From contig JBHGNT010000010.1 in the NCBI GenBank assembly GCA_043228905.1, positions 3,286,001 through 3,350,000 on the forward strand: a stretch of 64,000 nt of DNA. The letters are read 5' to 3'. The notes under the pieces are model-generated. The model was not told where the DNA came from. It did not search any database and saw nothing but the letters and a program-made list of their open reading frames with translations. The DNA comes from Azolla caroliniana (taxonomy: Eukaryota; Plantae; Polypodiophyta). Positions 47,738-62,159 of the stretch are shown one piece after another. Position numbers and translations under genes: made by a program. Position 1 is the first letter of the stretch, and the number at the start of each line of letters is the position of its first letter.

Positions 47738-50700
47738 TCCCATGAGGGCGTTGTTGTGGTGGTGCCACACAACCTATAAAGTGCCATACGACAACAACAA
47801 TGTGCATACAGTGCCACAGTGACGTCGTAATGGAAGTTTATCTCACACCATAGAATTGTAATGTTCGATTCATACCCTCATTCCTTTTATAATTAACCCG
47901 CATGTACTCATCATAGTATTAGGAAAACCTTGTCTCATTGTTAGTTATGCTTATACCCATGAGATTATGCTTCTTTGTGATATCCCAATAATCTTCTCCA
48001 TTGGCAATTTTTGGATCTAATAAATGATTGAACAATTTTTTTAGTCTACGAGAATGGGTTGACTTCATTTGGACAAACTTATTAATTAAAGAATTTCAAG
48101 CATATATGTATTTATCTATATTAGATGCATATATATGATGGGCCTTGTTAGGAGATTGTATACAATGGTTGTTGGATTGGAGCTAGATCGTGTCTTTGCC
48201 AAGTATAATTAATACAAATTTCTTAATCCACAGAAAATGATCCAACAACAAAGAGGTTAAGTCTCATGCCATGTCAGGTTTAAGAGGTTGCATTTACACA
48301 AAGACCATATATTATGTTATTTGGTTATCACATTAGTGAGGACTTAGTACCATGTAAGACATGCATACATAGGTTCACAAAATGTTTTGTGCTTTTAAAA
48401 CATATTAATAAATATTTAGTACAACCTTTGAATAGGGATAGACACATAGACATTGTGCAACGAATAAACCATGGCTAACATCTACAGATGTTGTAAATGG
48501 GGCTACCATATATAAAGTTTGCCCGAAAAATGAAAAAGCTTCCCATCATGGGAAACAATGTACCAATCCATATTCCATATCGCCTTCGATCATATATATG
48601 TAAAAATGACTGAAAGGTCCCACACAAAAACATGATATCCTAATGTCTTTGTTATTGTACGAAGGGACATCAAACTTCTTGCTCTTATTGCTATAGATCT
48701 TATCTAAATTGTGAGGTTCTGCCACAACCATGGGAGATCATCAAACTTTCATCATCGTCCTCATCGAGAGATGTGACATGTACGTATAGGTTACATTATA
48801 ACATCAAACATAAACTTGAGGTAATATTAAATGTGTGTTTTTGGAAATTGTACGCTTGCTAATGATCAATGTTGCAAAGTTATAGGTGATAAATTGTTTT
48901 ACAAAATATTTGAAGACTCATGTTGACAAACTTGGTTTACCGATTGTTCGCGTCTCCTATACGTAAACAACACCAATGTATTATCCTCTATTGAAGATAG
49001 TCTTGCATTTCACTATTATTTGAATCAATTTGATCCATTATTCCATGCTTGGCAAACATAAGAGGTTGTATATTACTTGGAGATGGAGATGGAGATGGTG
49101 TAGGGACAAATGAATAAAACCTTATATTGAACATAAACAAAAGAAATTGTAACAATTTTATTTTATCTACCTACAAGAAGAATGTACCTACATGACATGT
49201 GTGTGTACACACATATAATGGGTGCATGTGGGTGTGTGTATATATATGTTACTTGTTATAGCTAAATTTTCGCAAAAAATAGGAGGTTGTTGTAGCTTGG
49301 CTATGCGGCTACGCATGGGTTTATTACCAAACTTGAAAGTATGTTTCCTTCAATAAATTGATATTTATTACAAATTAATTTTTATAATATGTTTTATGAG
49401 TAGAGAAAATATTATAGTTGCCAATCAACAAAGTATATCCACATATAAAGGTCATAAATACTTCAAAGTAGTGTATGCTCCGTACAATATTTGAGCAAGC
49501 ATCTCTTAATAAATTTGGTGCAAATTGTCCACAAATTTTCTTTGCGTTATTTAATATTCTGGAACCCATCATCACAAAAATGTAGAAGAGATCAAGGAAG
49601 AAGAAAATGTCGGGCCATTGTAAGAAGAATATAGACAAACTTGAGCAAGAAGAAAGGGTCTGCCAAAGATCAAGCATATATAAAGCAAACCAAATAGAAG
49701 TATTTTTTCTTGGTAAATTCAATTATTATTATTTTCCAATAGAAAATGAATGAGAGAATGAGCAGGAGAAAAGATGAGAGAGTGAAAGGAACGGGAGGGA
49801 CGGGGTGCTTAATGTAGGAAATTTATAAGCTTCACTTATATTCACTTGTTGCAAGGAATCAATTCTCGTCATGGAAAAGGGCTTCGATTTTAGTTAGATG
49901 TACGATGTTTATACACGTTTAGTTAGAAAAAGGTGTTGAATAAGATAATGCAATGCAATAAATAAATTTAATTATTGAGTTGACATGTTATGTTAGTGAT
50001 ACAACCCTAGTACAACGATAGTTGAAAAATATCTCTGATTTAACTCCTTTGTTACATGTATGTATGTTTACATATGCCTATGTATGTATGTGGGTATGTC
50101 TATATGTATGCATTCGTGTGTATGCACTATGTATGTAGTTGAAATTTCATATAAACTTAAACTTCATCGTGACATGCATGTATGTACATATATACATAGT
50201 AGAAAATTCATGTCAAATTTCACTTTATTGTGACATGCACGCATGTGTGTAGGATGTTTGAAGGTATGTTGGTACATCCTAAACATACTTGTTAGATTAT
50301 TTCTCTCCTCTCTTTGCTTTCTCTCGTTCTATTTTTTACCTTATCTAGAATGATGACTCGTACTAATGGTGGATTGAATGCAGATGAAATAGGAGGAGTT
50401 CAAAGGAATGATGTTGGGAAGAGAGACACACAAAAAGATAACAAAGAAAGAGGGATTATGATCCCCCTTGTTTATTCAAAAACATTGTGCAACCCCCCAT
50501 TAAAAAATAAAATGTGATGTATTAAGTTGTGCACCGTGACTTCTCATGCCACACTTGTCTTTTGAGTCGTAGAGCATTGTCTCTTTTGGAAAAATAAGTT
50601 GTTGCCAACATAGGTGTTTATAATGTTTTCGAATTTGTGTGGACTTGGACACTTGAGAGGAAAACCAACATTTATGTCTCATTAGTAGGTTCTATCCCTC

Positions 50701-52731
50701 AACGAATGGTATTTCATAGACAATGGACATGGTGGATAATTCAACTTTTATTACAAACATCTTCAATAATTTAAAAATTATGACTGAGAGTGTAAATTGA
50801 CTTCAATATAGCTTCGGCACTTTTTTTTTACGTTACCATATATTCACATACATTCTCCTTGCCACTCTACTATATGAAAAACAATTGAAAGTAACTCTTT
50901 AATTCTTGCATCTCATGATGAATTTATTTTAGATAAGGATCAAAACCAATTGTTGCATATGGTCCATGTTTGTGTATTGTGAATGAATAGAACTATGGGT
51001 CAAACAACAAATCAAAATGACATTTTAATGATTAACGTTAACCCTTGGCTGGCCATTTAGTTTTGACAATGGGGCAAGGATTCCTAAAAATAAAGAAGAC
51101 TCTCACACACACATATAGACTCTAAGTTGATGAGGTAACAACTAAAGGCATACGAGAAAGGAGTATATGATATTTTCTAGTCTTGCCTCACCTTCAATTA
51201 CATCATCGATTGAATTTTTGTAATTGTTCTTTTTAAGGGTGTTATTATAATTGCCCTACATCAAAATTAACAATAAAAATAATAAATAGCTAGTACCTGT
51301 AGATGTTAAAAAGAGAAGAAGGAAAAGTAACAAGTGATTGCCTTCCAAAAGCAATGGAGAGGTGAAAATCTATGACACTTGAAGAGAAAACGATTGATAG
51401 GTGATCTACCAAAAAGCAATGGAGGGATGTGGAAATTGACAACATGGCAAAAAAAGAAGGAAAACAATGTTGAGTGGTTTCCAAAAAGTGATGTAGAGAT
51501 GTGGAAATGTTGTTGCATGCTTGGACATAAGAAAACATAAAAGTGGTCGATGGTTTCTCGGGAAGTAATGGATATGCTGGAAGTTGATGAAACACTTGAC
51601 CCAAGAATGTTGCAATTGTAACAATCTCTTGTCGATCTATGTGAATTAATACCATCGATGATGCAAAGGGAGAATCATTAAACATTGCTTAAATTTAGCA
51701 CCATCAATGTTTTATCGTGCCGCCATTTCGTATCAAGATGATCAAAGGTTTGCTGAAGTTGGTTAGATTGTTGCCATTATGACAATATTGGTGAAGGCAT
51801 GAAAATTGATACTGTTTTCATAACATCGCGTAAATGATTTTATTTAGAACGTATTTTTATACAAATACAAGGGGAAAACAAATGACAAACGGGCAAAACA
51901 AATAGATGAGGCAAATTCACGATGTTGGCACACATATCAACAAAAGGAGGAAAGAAATATAGGTGGTATGTGATGTTTCATGATATACAAATACAACAAA
52001 GAAGATGTACGAGAATTTATACATTATCCATACATTGCTTAAATGGTAATATTTAGCACATCTTTTTATTATTTGGCAAGAGGAGATACAAATGTCCAAA
52101 GAGCAGCAATGTCCTAGGGATGCAAAATAGAGCGACACGATAAATCTATCAGGAAGGCACACATGTATAATAAAACAAGCAAAAGAAGGAATACAACAAA
52201 TGGTGAATGTGTAAGTGATATTTATGAGATCATTATGAATACAATTAAAGAGAGTAGAGGGCTAGGGTGGGAGAAGTTGATACCATTATCCTAAGTTGTT
52301 GAATGATTCTATTTGGCATCATCAATGTTTCACGTTGCCACCATCCGAGATCGAGATGGTTAGAGTTTTTCACTGGAAAATGTAGCATCATCGTTATTTT
52401 ATAGCTATTGTCATCGCAGATTGAGAAGAACCGAGTTTTCATTGGCATAGCAGCACACGATTCTATTTAGCATCATCAATGTTTCTTGGCGGTTGTCATC
52501 ATCCCAATAAGAGACAATCGGAGTTTCCATCGAGAATGTAGGTGTCGACGACTCAGTCGGTTTTTGTGGTTGATGATATGCAAGACAGAGGCAACTGGGG
52601 ATTCTTTTGTCCATTAGAAAGAGAAGCCGACGATTTGATCAAGCGGTACGAGAGGCTGGCGAATGCAGGTGGTGTTTCCAGAGAGAAATATAGATACAGA
52701 CACACACGAACATAGGCATTTACAAGGCACA

Positions 52732-52732
<1 letters not shown>

Positions 52733-52767
<35 letters not shown>
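52733..52767. repeat. (TA)n microsatellite
   Basis: Seen directly. Confidence 0.95.
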
Positions 52768-52772
<5 letters not shown>

Positions 52773-53044
52773 GACACAAACATAGACACAAATCCAGACA
52801 AGAGAGAGAGAACAAACTGATAAGATTGAAAGACAAGTCCCAGGAAATCTCTCTCCCACTCACAATGGGAGTGGGTAGCCAAGTCAAGAGTAGAATTGAT
52901 AAAAGAAGGCCTAATGTTCCCATAAATTACAGAATTGGGATCCTCGTCCACATTTCACAATCTCTCACGTGCATTAGAAGGAAGGAACGCAGACGACGAA
53001 GGAAGAAGAAAACAGAAGAGCACAGACAGCGTGCGGCCGAGCCA

Positions 53045-53083
53045 GAAGAAGAAGAAGAAGAAGAAGAAGAAGAAGAAGAAGAA
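53045..53083. repeat. (GAA)13 microsatellite in the probable 5' leader of the DRIP/BMI1-like gene
   Basis: Seen directly. Confidence 0.9.
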
Positions 53084-53237
53084 TCGGGAGCAGAAGTAGC
53101 AGAGAAGATCGCAGCTACAGACGCAGGGAAGCAACATAGTTAGAGAAAGAGGCAGACTAACAAGCTTCCGACAGATCACAGTCGTTTCAGCTCTTCTTCT
53201 TCTCCCACTCCTGCTCCTGCTCCTGTTTCTGTTGGCT

Positions 53238-54096
53238 ATGGAAGTAAGCTATGTATGTATAAATTTAGATCCCGGAATTATGTTTGCTATGATCCTTCAA
53301 TTTTCCTCTTTCTTATCTGAACCATGAAGATTTTCCATAGTTTTAACATAGGAAACCTTAGCTCTTCCCTTCTTTCGTCTTACGTCTTCCCTTCCGAACC
53401 ATCAATTTTCCTTTTATATCAGTGCCATGCTATGTCCAGTTTGTCTCTAATATACTGGCTTCATGTTTCTCGTTTTGTTCATAAATGCTTCACTCTGTGC
53501 ATTCTACATCCTTCATTTTATTAATAAATGGCGCCACTCTTGGCGTCATATTATCGTATTTTGTCCATGAACTCGTCAATTTGTAAAATCTATACGTCCT
53601 TCATGTTATTGGTAAATTGCATCTTCTACACATCCTTCAATGTATTGAATAAATGCTTCAATTTTGTGCTCTCTGCTCTCTGCATCCTTCATTTTTTGTT
53701 TAAATGCTTGATTTTATGCACTCTTCCAATTTATTTATCTACCTATCTCTATATAATTATAATTATGTGTTATATATGTATATAAATAGTTTTGTGCAGT
53801 CTACGTGCTTCATTTTATTTTGAAATGCGTCTGTAATTTGTGCACTCCATAAGTCTCCATTTATATAATTCGATTTATTATGTTTTATTTCCAAAGGATT
53901 CCTTTTCCTGTGCAGAATGCATTATGTTGTAATGCAGACCACATGCTTCAATTTGTTGCTAAATAATTTGCCTCATTTTTTGCAGTATGTGGATCCCTTC
54001 TCTGCTCGAGAACAAAACTTGCAGATAACCATCCACAATGAACCTTATATGAATGAGCATGTGAACGCAGACATATATTTTGCAAGAATTGTGTGA
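53238..54096 (+). promoter_or_regulatory. Predicted intron-split upstream ORF (38 aa)
   Basis: ATG GAA|gtaagc at 53238-53243 spliced to ttttttgcag|TAT at 53986 gives MEYVDPFSAREQNLQITIHNEPYMNEHVNADIYFARIV*. Confidence 0.5.
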
Positions 54097-54166
54097 TCAC
54101 CTTGGCCTCAGATCGATTGATACAGATGATGCGGAAATCTCACAGGGCCATAGACGAGCGTTGAAA

Positions 54167-57100
54167 ATGGCTTGCACTACTACTCTTGTGAAGGTTTCGA
54201 GTGGACCTATTCGCACCTGTTTACAATGTCCCCTCTGCTTCAACCTGGTTCACGAGGCCACCACAATTTCGGAATGCCTTCATACTTGTGAGTTGGTCAT
54301 CATGTTCAAAATTTACCTAGGAAAAGAGAAACTATATTAGCTGTGGCTTCCTATATATGTTGATGACTGTTCGTAAGCTCTTGTTTCAAGTAAGTTGTTC
54401 CCAAGATCTTCTTCAAGTAAGTTGCAGAGCACAAACTCTTGACCATCACCATATGGCTTACAATCCTATATGTTGGAAGGAGTGAGTGATATCTACAATT
54501 TAGGCTCTAGTACTGTAATGAACTCTTAGGCTTCTCGAATATGATGTATCATGCTATACTTTAATGACTGATATTTCACTCTCGGTGTAGAACAGTCTGT
54601 GAGACATGCTGGCTCAAATAATTACGCATAAGAAGCTTGTGGGGTCCTCATGCACTACCAGTATGCATGCAAGCCATTAGTGTTTCATGTCACAATGCTC
54701 CTTGTTCTTTTAATTTATTGTAGGTACCATTCAATACTTGGGCTAGTTTTCTTTCTAAACTTCCTCCGATCTGGTCCTTTCTATCCTGAAAAATGCTCAA
54801 ATGGATTTTTGTACGTGTAAACGTTATGTTTATCTCATTACTTATAGCTATCTTATGATGGTATTATTGTTTTACAACAGTTTGCAAATCCTGTATTCAC
54901 GAAGAACTGGATGATGGCGAGAATGATTGCTGTCCAATATGTAACGTGAATCTTGGTTGTTCACCTTTGGAGAAGTTAAGGTGCAAGTTATAATATGCTT
55001 AATATTCCCAAAAGTTTAATGAATAATACTTTGTTTATTGTTTTTCGTTTTCCATCTTCAAAGCTCAATGCATTTTGTTTTATATACAAAGAGCAAGCTG
55101 TTAGATGATGAGCTTTATAAGTTACTGTATAAGTTCTGTGTCTCGATTAATTCATTTAGCACAAGTTGGTAGATTTATGAAACCTCATTTACTCCATGAG
55201 AGGTGCCCTGGGGTCTAGTTCATCCATGCACAAAGAAATTGATATAGATTTATGCTTCATGATATCTCACTTGTAAATACTGCCACTATCACTATAGTAA
55301 CACAATGGCATCTGCATAGCTTGGTAAAATATCATCAGTCACCTTTCAGGTTATTGATATCCTTACATGTAGTACTCTGAAGAGGCTCTCTACACAAATG
55401 AACGAGCCTCTTTCAGAGGAATAGAAGTATTCAGTATTATTTGAAGGGATTTATAGTGGAAATGCAAAGGTTGATGCAAATTGCATATGCAAGTACCAGT
55501 ACATGTGCTGACAAAACTACATGATAACTGAAAGTAGAGCACAATTAATTGGAAGTTATTCGATCCAATGGTGATAACCAGTTACCCTTTTCATTTCATG
55601 TATTTGGCAGTTTCCCACTCATCTATCATATACGTACACTGTTTAATTTAAGTTGTTGGATAATAACTCCCATTATCGAAACAGTCAAATCCCTAAAGAA
55701 CATCCCTATGAGATAAATAGATGTTTATTTGTGGCTGATTTTTATAAGAAAAATCTCAGTGAATGCACACACATAAGAACATATTCAACTTTTCGCGTTC
55801 CTTGTGAGTACAAGTGATCTAATTTTGTATATGCACTTCCATTTCATCGAAGGCTTTTTGACTGATATGTGCAAAATTTCGTGTGTATCTTGCATGTTCA
55901 TTGCCATAGATGTCTAGGCAGATATACACTAACATAAGGGAGAGAGTAGCAAAGTCATCATACCATGAGTTCTATGACATGCTGTGGTACATAGTTCACA
56001 ATCTGCTCACATCAATGCACCATATATATAATGTTATTTTTGGTGGCAAATCTTGCTGTTACTTGTATCCTCCAAGCTTTACTATGCTCATTGTGGCCAT
56101 TCAGCTGCTAGCAGTTCCAATTTCCACTCTTGTAATCTAGTTGGATGATGACCGTTAGATAGAATATGTGAGTGGGATGGCTAAGCACAGGTGTATGATG
56201 GACTGACCATTAGTGCCTTGGGGTTTCCCATGATCATGGATGGTCGTATAGGGCGATACAATCTAGTTGGATGATGACCGTTAGATAGAATATGTGAGTG
56301 GATGGCTAAGCACAGGTGTATGACGGACTGACCATTAGTGCCTTGGGGTTTCCCATGATCATGGATGGTCGTATAGGGCGATACATTGCTGATGAGCGTG
56401 TCTGATAATGACTTACACTGAATGTGTTTATCATTTTTTTACTGCGGCATTGGAACCATTTTATTTTCATAAATGTCTTGCAAGGTGGTCGTCAATGTTC
56501 CATAGGGAGTGACTTTAAGATTAGTAATGAGAATATGGTTATCAGTCAGTACACTGTAAGTAAGAATATTTAATTCCCTATTCCCGAGATGTATAATATG
56601 TACATGGTACACATGCACGTGGATGCCCATAACACCAAATTTAAGTGTGATATACATTAACAAGGAAATTGCTAAAACCACATCTACGGTCTGAAATAAT
56701 TCTTTCATTTTCTTAAATTATATGGCAAAAAAATGAAGTGCATGGTAACCATTAATACATAAGAATGAGGATATGTCTGATATTGTGGTACATTAAAGAT
56801 ATAGCCCATGGACCTGAGAAGATTTATGAATCTGAAACTTTTTAGACAAATATTTCTACATCATGGTTCATCTTTGTTAAAACCTTCATTCCTTAAAGCC
56901 CAAAAAAGAAAAGAACTGGCTTCTCTTGGATTCTGATGGGAAGAGGATTTAGCAAGTGCCTTAACTATGTATTCTTACTCTGCAACACATGTATGTTATG
57001 CAGAGCTGATCATCAATTGGCTGATGTATGTGCTAAAATATTTCCTGTCACGGCAAAAAAAAAGAAAAAGCTCAATATTGATATAGATGGTGAAGCTACG

Positions 57101-58736
57101 GAACCTGTTCGCAGAAAGGAAAGATCATTATCATCTCTTGGGATTGGCACTGCTCCATTGTCACATCCTGGTTTTGCGAGTAGGAGAACAAAATCAGTGT
57201 CCAGGAGATCAACAGCGAGAGATGCAACTTCAGATGAAGAAGCGGAAGAAAATAAAGCAGAGAAAGGTAACTTGAAAAGGGTACGCCAAGAAGAATCCAG
57301 TTCTGATGCCGTAACAGAAGAGAGTGATGAAGCTGATGGCTTTGTCAAAAATCAGATCCTCTCTGATGGAGAACAAGATGATCGGCTGGGAAGAGAGCAA
57401 CAGTCACCAAAGAGGAAACTAGCTCGGTCCTCAAGACAGCAACATTCAAAGAATGGTGATCCATCAAAGCCAGGATTCAATGAAAGGTCTAAAATCTCCG
57501 AAACCTTGAATTCGATTGCAACGAGGTTGATGAATAAGGAAATAAAACCACCACGAATGAGGGAGAAGTTTGATAAATACCTGATTAATGAATCACCTCT
57601 GGCTCAGCTTGCTGAAGTCGCAGTTGAACAAGCTGGTCATAAAGACAGTTTCGATCCTCCAAAAGGTCGTCGAGCTCCGCGAGGAAGAGGGAAAAGGGAA
57701 GAGAATACAACGCATTTTGCAATAGGAGGTAGCTTAGGTTGGAAAATGATGTTAGAAACTATAAGGGATGAATCTCCACCTCAGGAGAAGAAGCAAAAAT
57801 CTAGCATTCTGGCACCGATGGAGGTAACCCCTTCAGCTCTTATCAAGCCTCCCTTAATTAGGTCTTTGAGCTCTGCAATCAGAAAACCTCCAAATCCTGC
57901 CATCATTTCCAGACAATATAAAAAGAATATGGGTTTTTGGTTTTCGCTTGAAGCTGCACATAATCAGTAAGTGAGTTTTCTTTGTCTTGAGTTTTCTTAC
58001 ACGGAGTTTCTTTTTTAAAGTCTCAATCATTTCTGATGCGAGTTGGCTTTGTTTTTTGAAGGTTGGGTGAAACTTCACTTCCTCAAATATCAACGCGTTT
58101 CCTTCGGATAAAGTGTGTAGAATGCATCTTTTCAATTGTTCTTTTTATAAATTTCTCAATTACTTAACAAGTTTTGGTACTTGGATGTCTCTATTTTATA
58201 TCAATAAACAGAATAGACGAGAATTGATATTGAATGTATTTGTACAGAAATGGGAAACTTCCGGTTTCTAGTGTGAAGAAGTATCTTGTGAAGAAGCTTG
58301 ACTTGCAATCTGAAGCTGATGTAAGCTAGTTTTATGAAACAACAAGATAATGGTGATACATAATGTATATACATATCGATCTATATATGCATGTGCATAT
58401 GTATATATGTATGTGTATGTATGCATGCATGCATGTATTATGTATTTGCAAGAAGTATGTGTGTATGTATATATAATTCCATCTTTCTTTTCTGTTATTC
58501 AGGTGGAAATAACTTGCCGAGGCCAGCCTGTAGTCCCAAACCTGCCTTTAGAAAAAGTTCAAGGAATATGGCTGGCTACTAACCCACCTTCATCAGCACT
58601 CCTCCCTGCTCTCAAGGAGTTGAATAATGCTTCGCATGATGACAGAAACTGGGTTCGATTCAAGGGCAGATCAGCAGAACACTGTATGATGGTATTGACA
58701 TATGCTCGACATCCGAGACAAGTGACTGGGCCTTGA
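54167..58736 (+). CDS. BMI1: DRIP/BMI1-like E3 ligase (PRC1 RING finger plus RAWUL domain), 513 aa. Exons 54167-54287, 54881-54980, 57004-57966, 58062-58112, 58248-58320, 58503-58736
   Basis: C3HC4 RING CPLC...ATTISECLHTFCKSCI...CCPICNVNLGCSPLEKLRADHQL. RAWUL-like FWFSLEA...LPQISTRFLRIKNGKLPVSSVKKYLVKKLDL...VEITCRGQPV...MVLTYAR. 1542 nt in frame. Confidence 0.92.
56134..56385. repeat. Near-perfect 126-bp tandem duplication in an intron of the DRIP/BMI1-like gene
   Basis: Copies 56134-56259 and 56260-56385 differ by one indel and one substitution. Confidence 0.95.
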
Positions 58737-59470
58737 ATGTGTAATCGTTACGGGAGTACTAGTTTTGCCCATGTCCCCTGATTCCTTACCTAATAGCTCA
58801 CCATTGTATTTCTTTTTCCTTACTCTTTTTAATGTTCACTTATGGAGGAACAATAATAAGTGACATTTTGTATTCTACTGGCATTTATATTGTTTAGAAA
58901 CAAAAAGATGGCCTTTCTAGCCCCTCGTCACAAAGCACAAGTTTCTAGATTATTTTGAAACAGATGATATCTATTTTTTAGCTTTTATCCATCATTCTAT
59001 ATAGGCATTTTGCCTTGACATTTGTTGAATATAAAACAAAGACATGTCCCTTATCAATATTTCTTTTGCAAGTGCTCTAATCTTGGGAACGTCTTTAGAT
59101 TAAGCATTTCTTTCAGCCCAAATTCTAGAAGTGTTGCACCCACTGAAGTAGTCTTCAAACTTGGGGATAGTTTTACCATGAAAATGTTGATTGATTTTGT
59201 TAGAGAAACTACTGAAACAATATGTGATGGTTAAGGAAAATATTTATGTTTCACTAAAAGAATTGAAGAGAGAGACCAAGAGAAAATGCTACTTTCTTAT
59301 AAGAGTTTCTTTCATGGAAGCTTATGTAGGTTTTTGGTTGAAGCAAGAATGTACATAATCAAGTTGTCTATTTTGCACACGTTAAGACATAGAATTAAAA
59401 AAATGTAAAAAAATTGTAAAAGAAAATAACGCCAATTGAGGACTATATTGCATGGATGGATTCCCTTCAA

Positions 59471-59562
59471 AGGAATATGCATTATATCTTTTATGAATGA
59501 AGTCTCTCCTTAAAATAGGAATATGCATTATATCTTTTATGAATGAAGTCTCTCCTTAAAAT
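59471..59562. repeat. 46-bp tandem duplication
   Basis: aggaatatgcattatatcttttatgaatgaagtctctccttaaaat occurs twice. Confidence 0.95.
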
Positions 59563-60508
59563 GAATGTGCAATACATTTTTTAGGAAGAAAGTCTTATTT
59601 ATAATACATGTAATCCTCACTCTACTTGAACTTAGGAGATAGATTCCTCTTGATAGTGATAGAGAAGAAATTTTGACAAGAGCACATCTATGTGCCAACT
59701 TACATGCTCAACTCCCACAAATTTATGTAGGCAACACCGTCATGTCCCCATCTTTTCCACTTCAAGGCCCCAATGGTCCCATCACATCTTTTACAATCTT
59801 CTCTCGGATCGTCAACCACCTATGTAAACCTAAAGCCAAAACCTGAGATGTAAAATCTATGAATGAGCTTTGAGGGGTGTACTATGACCAAATGTTACAC
59901 ATATTTCTCACATATTTCTATCATAGGAACGTTTAGATGCTTCATCCAAGCTTGTGGAGAGGCTATGAGACTTGAAGATAACTTGTTGGGCCTCGAAACT
60001 CCTATTGTGCCCTAGAGGAAGGTTCTTCTAGAACCTCCACATGGATTACAAACATAAAAGACGAAGAAGACAATAGGACATGTTGTACATGAAAGTAATC
60101 ACTGCCCTATCTACTAGGGACACCATACAATTCCGCAAGTATCCACAACTCAAAAAACATACAAGATTATAAGTGGTGTAAGGCTTTTGTCGGACATCAC
60201 ATGGATAATTGTTCAAAAGTTGTGTCAAGATGCTTCCCCCATTGGCATTTATTTGCATCCTGATGTTAGCAACTCCCTTTGAATGTGTCCATCAATGCAT
60301 TCATCATGCTTGGGGCCGAGCCTTCAACCATTACGAGGGTTCCACTCAAATCCAAATTGATCTCTAATCACGGGTCAATTGTTGGCAACATGAATGATTT
60401 TTCCAATGTCACTCTCATGGCATGCCTTTGCCACCCCTAAATATACATGCCTCCAAGTTGTCTACCCAAATGCACTCATGTCCAACAATCCCCCTAAGTA
60501 CACCATCC

Positions 60509-61800
60509 TTAACAAGTGCCAGACCCTAGTCCTCGTCTATTTAAGGCCGAACCTAATGGGAGCCCACCAATCATGACTCTCCATATGAATACCTTTGCAC
60601 GAAATGGTAGATGGGAATGCCAACCACGTTGTAATATTTTCCACCACCTTGCATCTGACTTATATACATTCCACAACTTCGTTGCTTTAGGAGATAGCCA
60701 AGATAATGATGCCATCGCATGATGATACAATATATTTGTAGTGACCTGTAACAAGCGTGTACAATCTTGTAACCACCAATCTACCCAAGGTGCAAAATTG
60801 GTTTTCATTGGGAAAGGTCCTTGCAACAATGGTATATCATGTAATTTCTCCCAAATAAATCCATAATTTGGGGGAATACATAACCATCTCTTGGCATCTT
60901 CAAAATCCGACAACCTTCGAGATTCATTATCAACCACATATTCCAAATGTACAATCCCCAATCGAAATAAACGATTGAATTGAGATCTCAACTTCTGTTT
61001 GCCATGCCAAAACAACACTCAAGAAGAAACAAGCAATTCGTTTTGTAATGAATTACAATATTCTCGATCACTTGATGGTCCCCATTGAAAAAGAGATAAT
61101 GCATCTTGCCACAATCTTACCAAATGTTGTCCACAAACAGAATGTCGAATCTTTAGATGAATATTTCCATTTAGTAGTGATCGCCATGATGCTTGAATCT
61201 TTGTTTTCCCATGCACCAATCTTTCATGCTCAATAAAATATTGCATCATAGATATCCATGGTTGATTTTGTTGACATATATCTCGTAATAAAGTAAATCT
61301 ATGAGCCATCAAATGCCTTTCCAAATCCAATATTGTTGCACCACCTAACCTTTTAGGAGTAGCCAAATGGCCCCATGAAATCCATGTAACTCCCATCATT
61401 TCTCCCTTCCGCCACAACATGAACCGAATAGGTTGTAACATGCTTTGTAATGCCTTCTTAGTCCAAGGAAGTAAAGGCAAAAAATATAATAACATGGGTA
61501 TCAAGATACATTGCATCACTTTGAGTCATACATGAAAGGGCCATAATTGAGACTTCCAATACATAAATTTGTCCCTCAATTTACTACCAATCCAATCAAT
61601 CAATTGAACATTTGTAACATCAATGCCCAATGGATAACCCAAATGTCAATAAATTGAACCTAGTGTAATCACTAACCCTCGCCATCCCAAACATTCCAAA
61701 TCACTCTCCGTACAAGAAATAAGGCGAGACTTCCTCCAATTTATATACAACCCTGAAGCCAAAGCAAATTGATCCCAAACTTGCATACTCCTTTTAAGAT
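60509..61800 (-). mobile_element. L1-type LINE ORF2 remnant (end of RT to zf-RVT region)
   Basis: FALASGLYINWRKS, HLGYPLG, WGHLATPKRLGG, GWHSHLPFRAKVFIWRVMIGGLP, with stops. Confidence 0.8.
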
Positions 61801-62159
61801 TCTCTCTCTCTCTCTCTCTCTCTCTCTCGGGTGAAAAGTCCCACTCTACCCATTTGTATCCTAGTGTGAACACGTCCTCATAGTTAGAGCTAAGTTACCC
61901 TAACCACATATGTGAGAAACTGAGTATTGTAACGATGTTTTAGGGTTAATGTTGCCGAGTCTCTTTGAGTAGAAACGGTCTCTTTGTGTAACCGCATTCT
62001 TCTTGTTCATTCTCTAGCTACACAATGACCAAAATCTTCCCGAGTTATTTCTTGCTATTTGCCGAACTCCTTAACAAATCCAAGCTCCTTTCATGTATCC
62101 ATCCAACCGAGACACTTATGTCTTATTCTTCATCTTTTCTTTTTGTTTTTCTTTTTTCG

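Noticed and set aside
52553-53179. ORFs with (YI)n, poly-E or poly-F
   Set aside because: Artefacts of the (TA)n and (GAA)n microsatellites.
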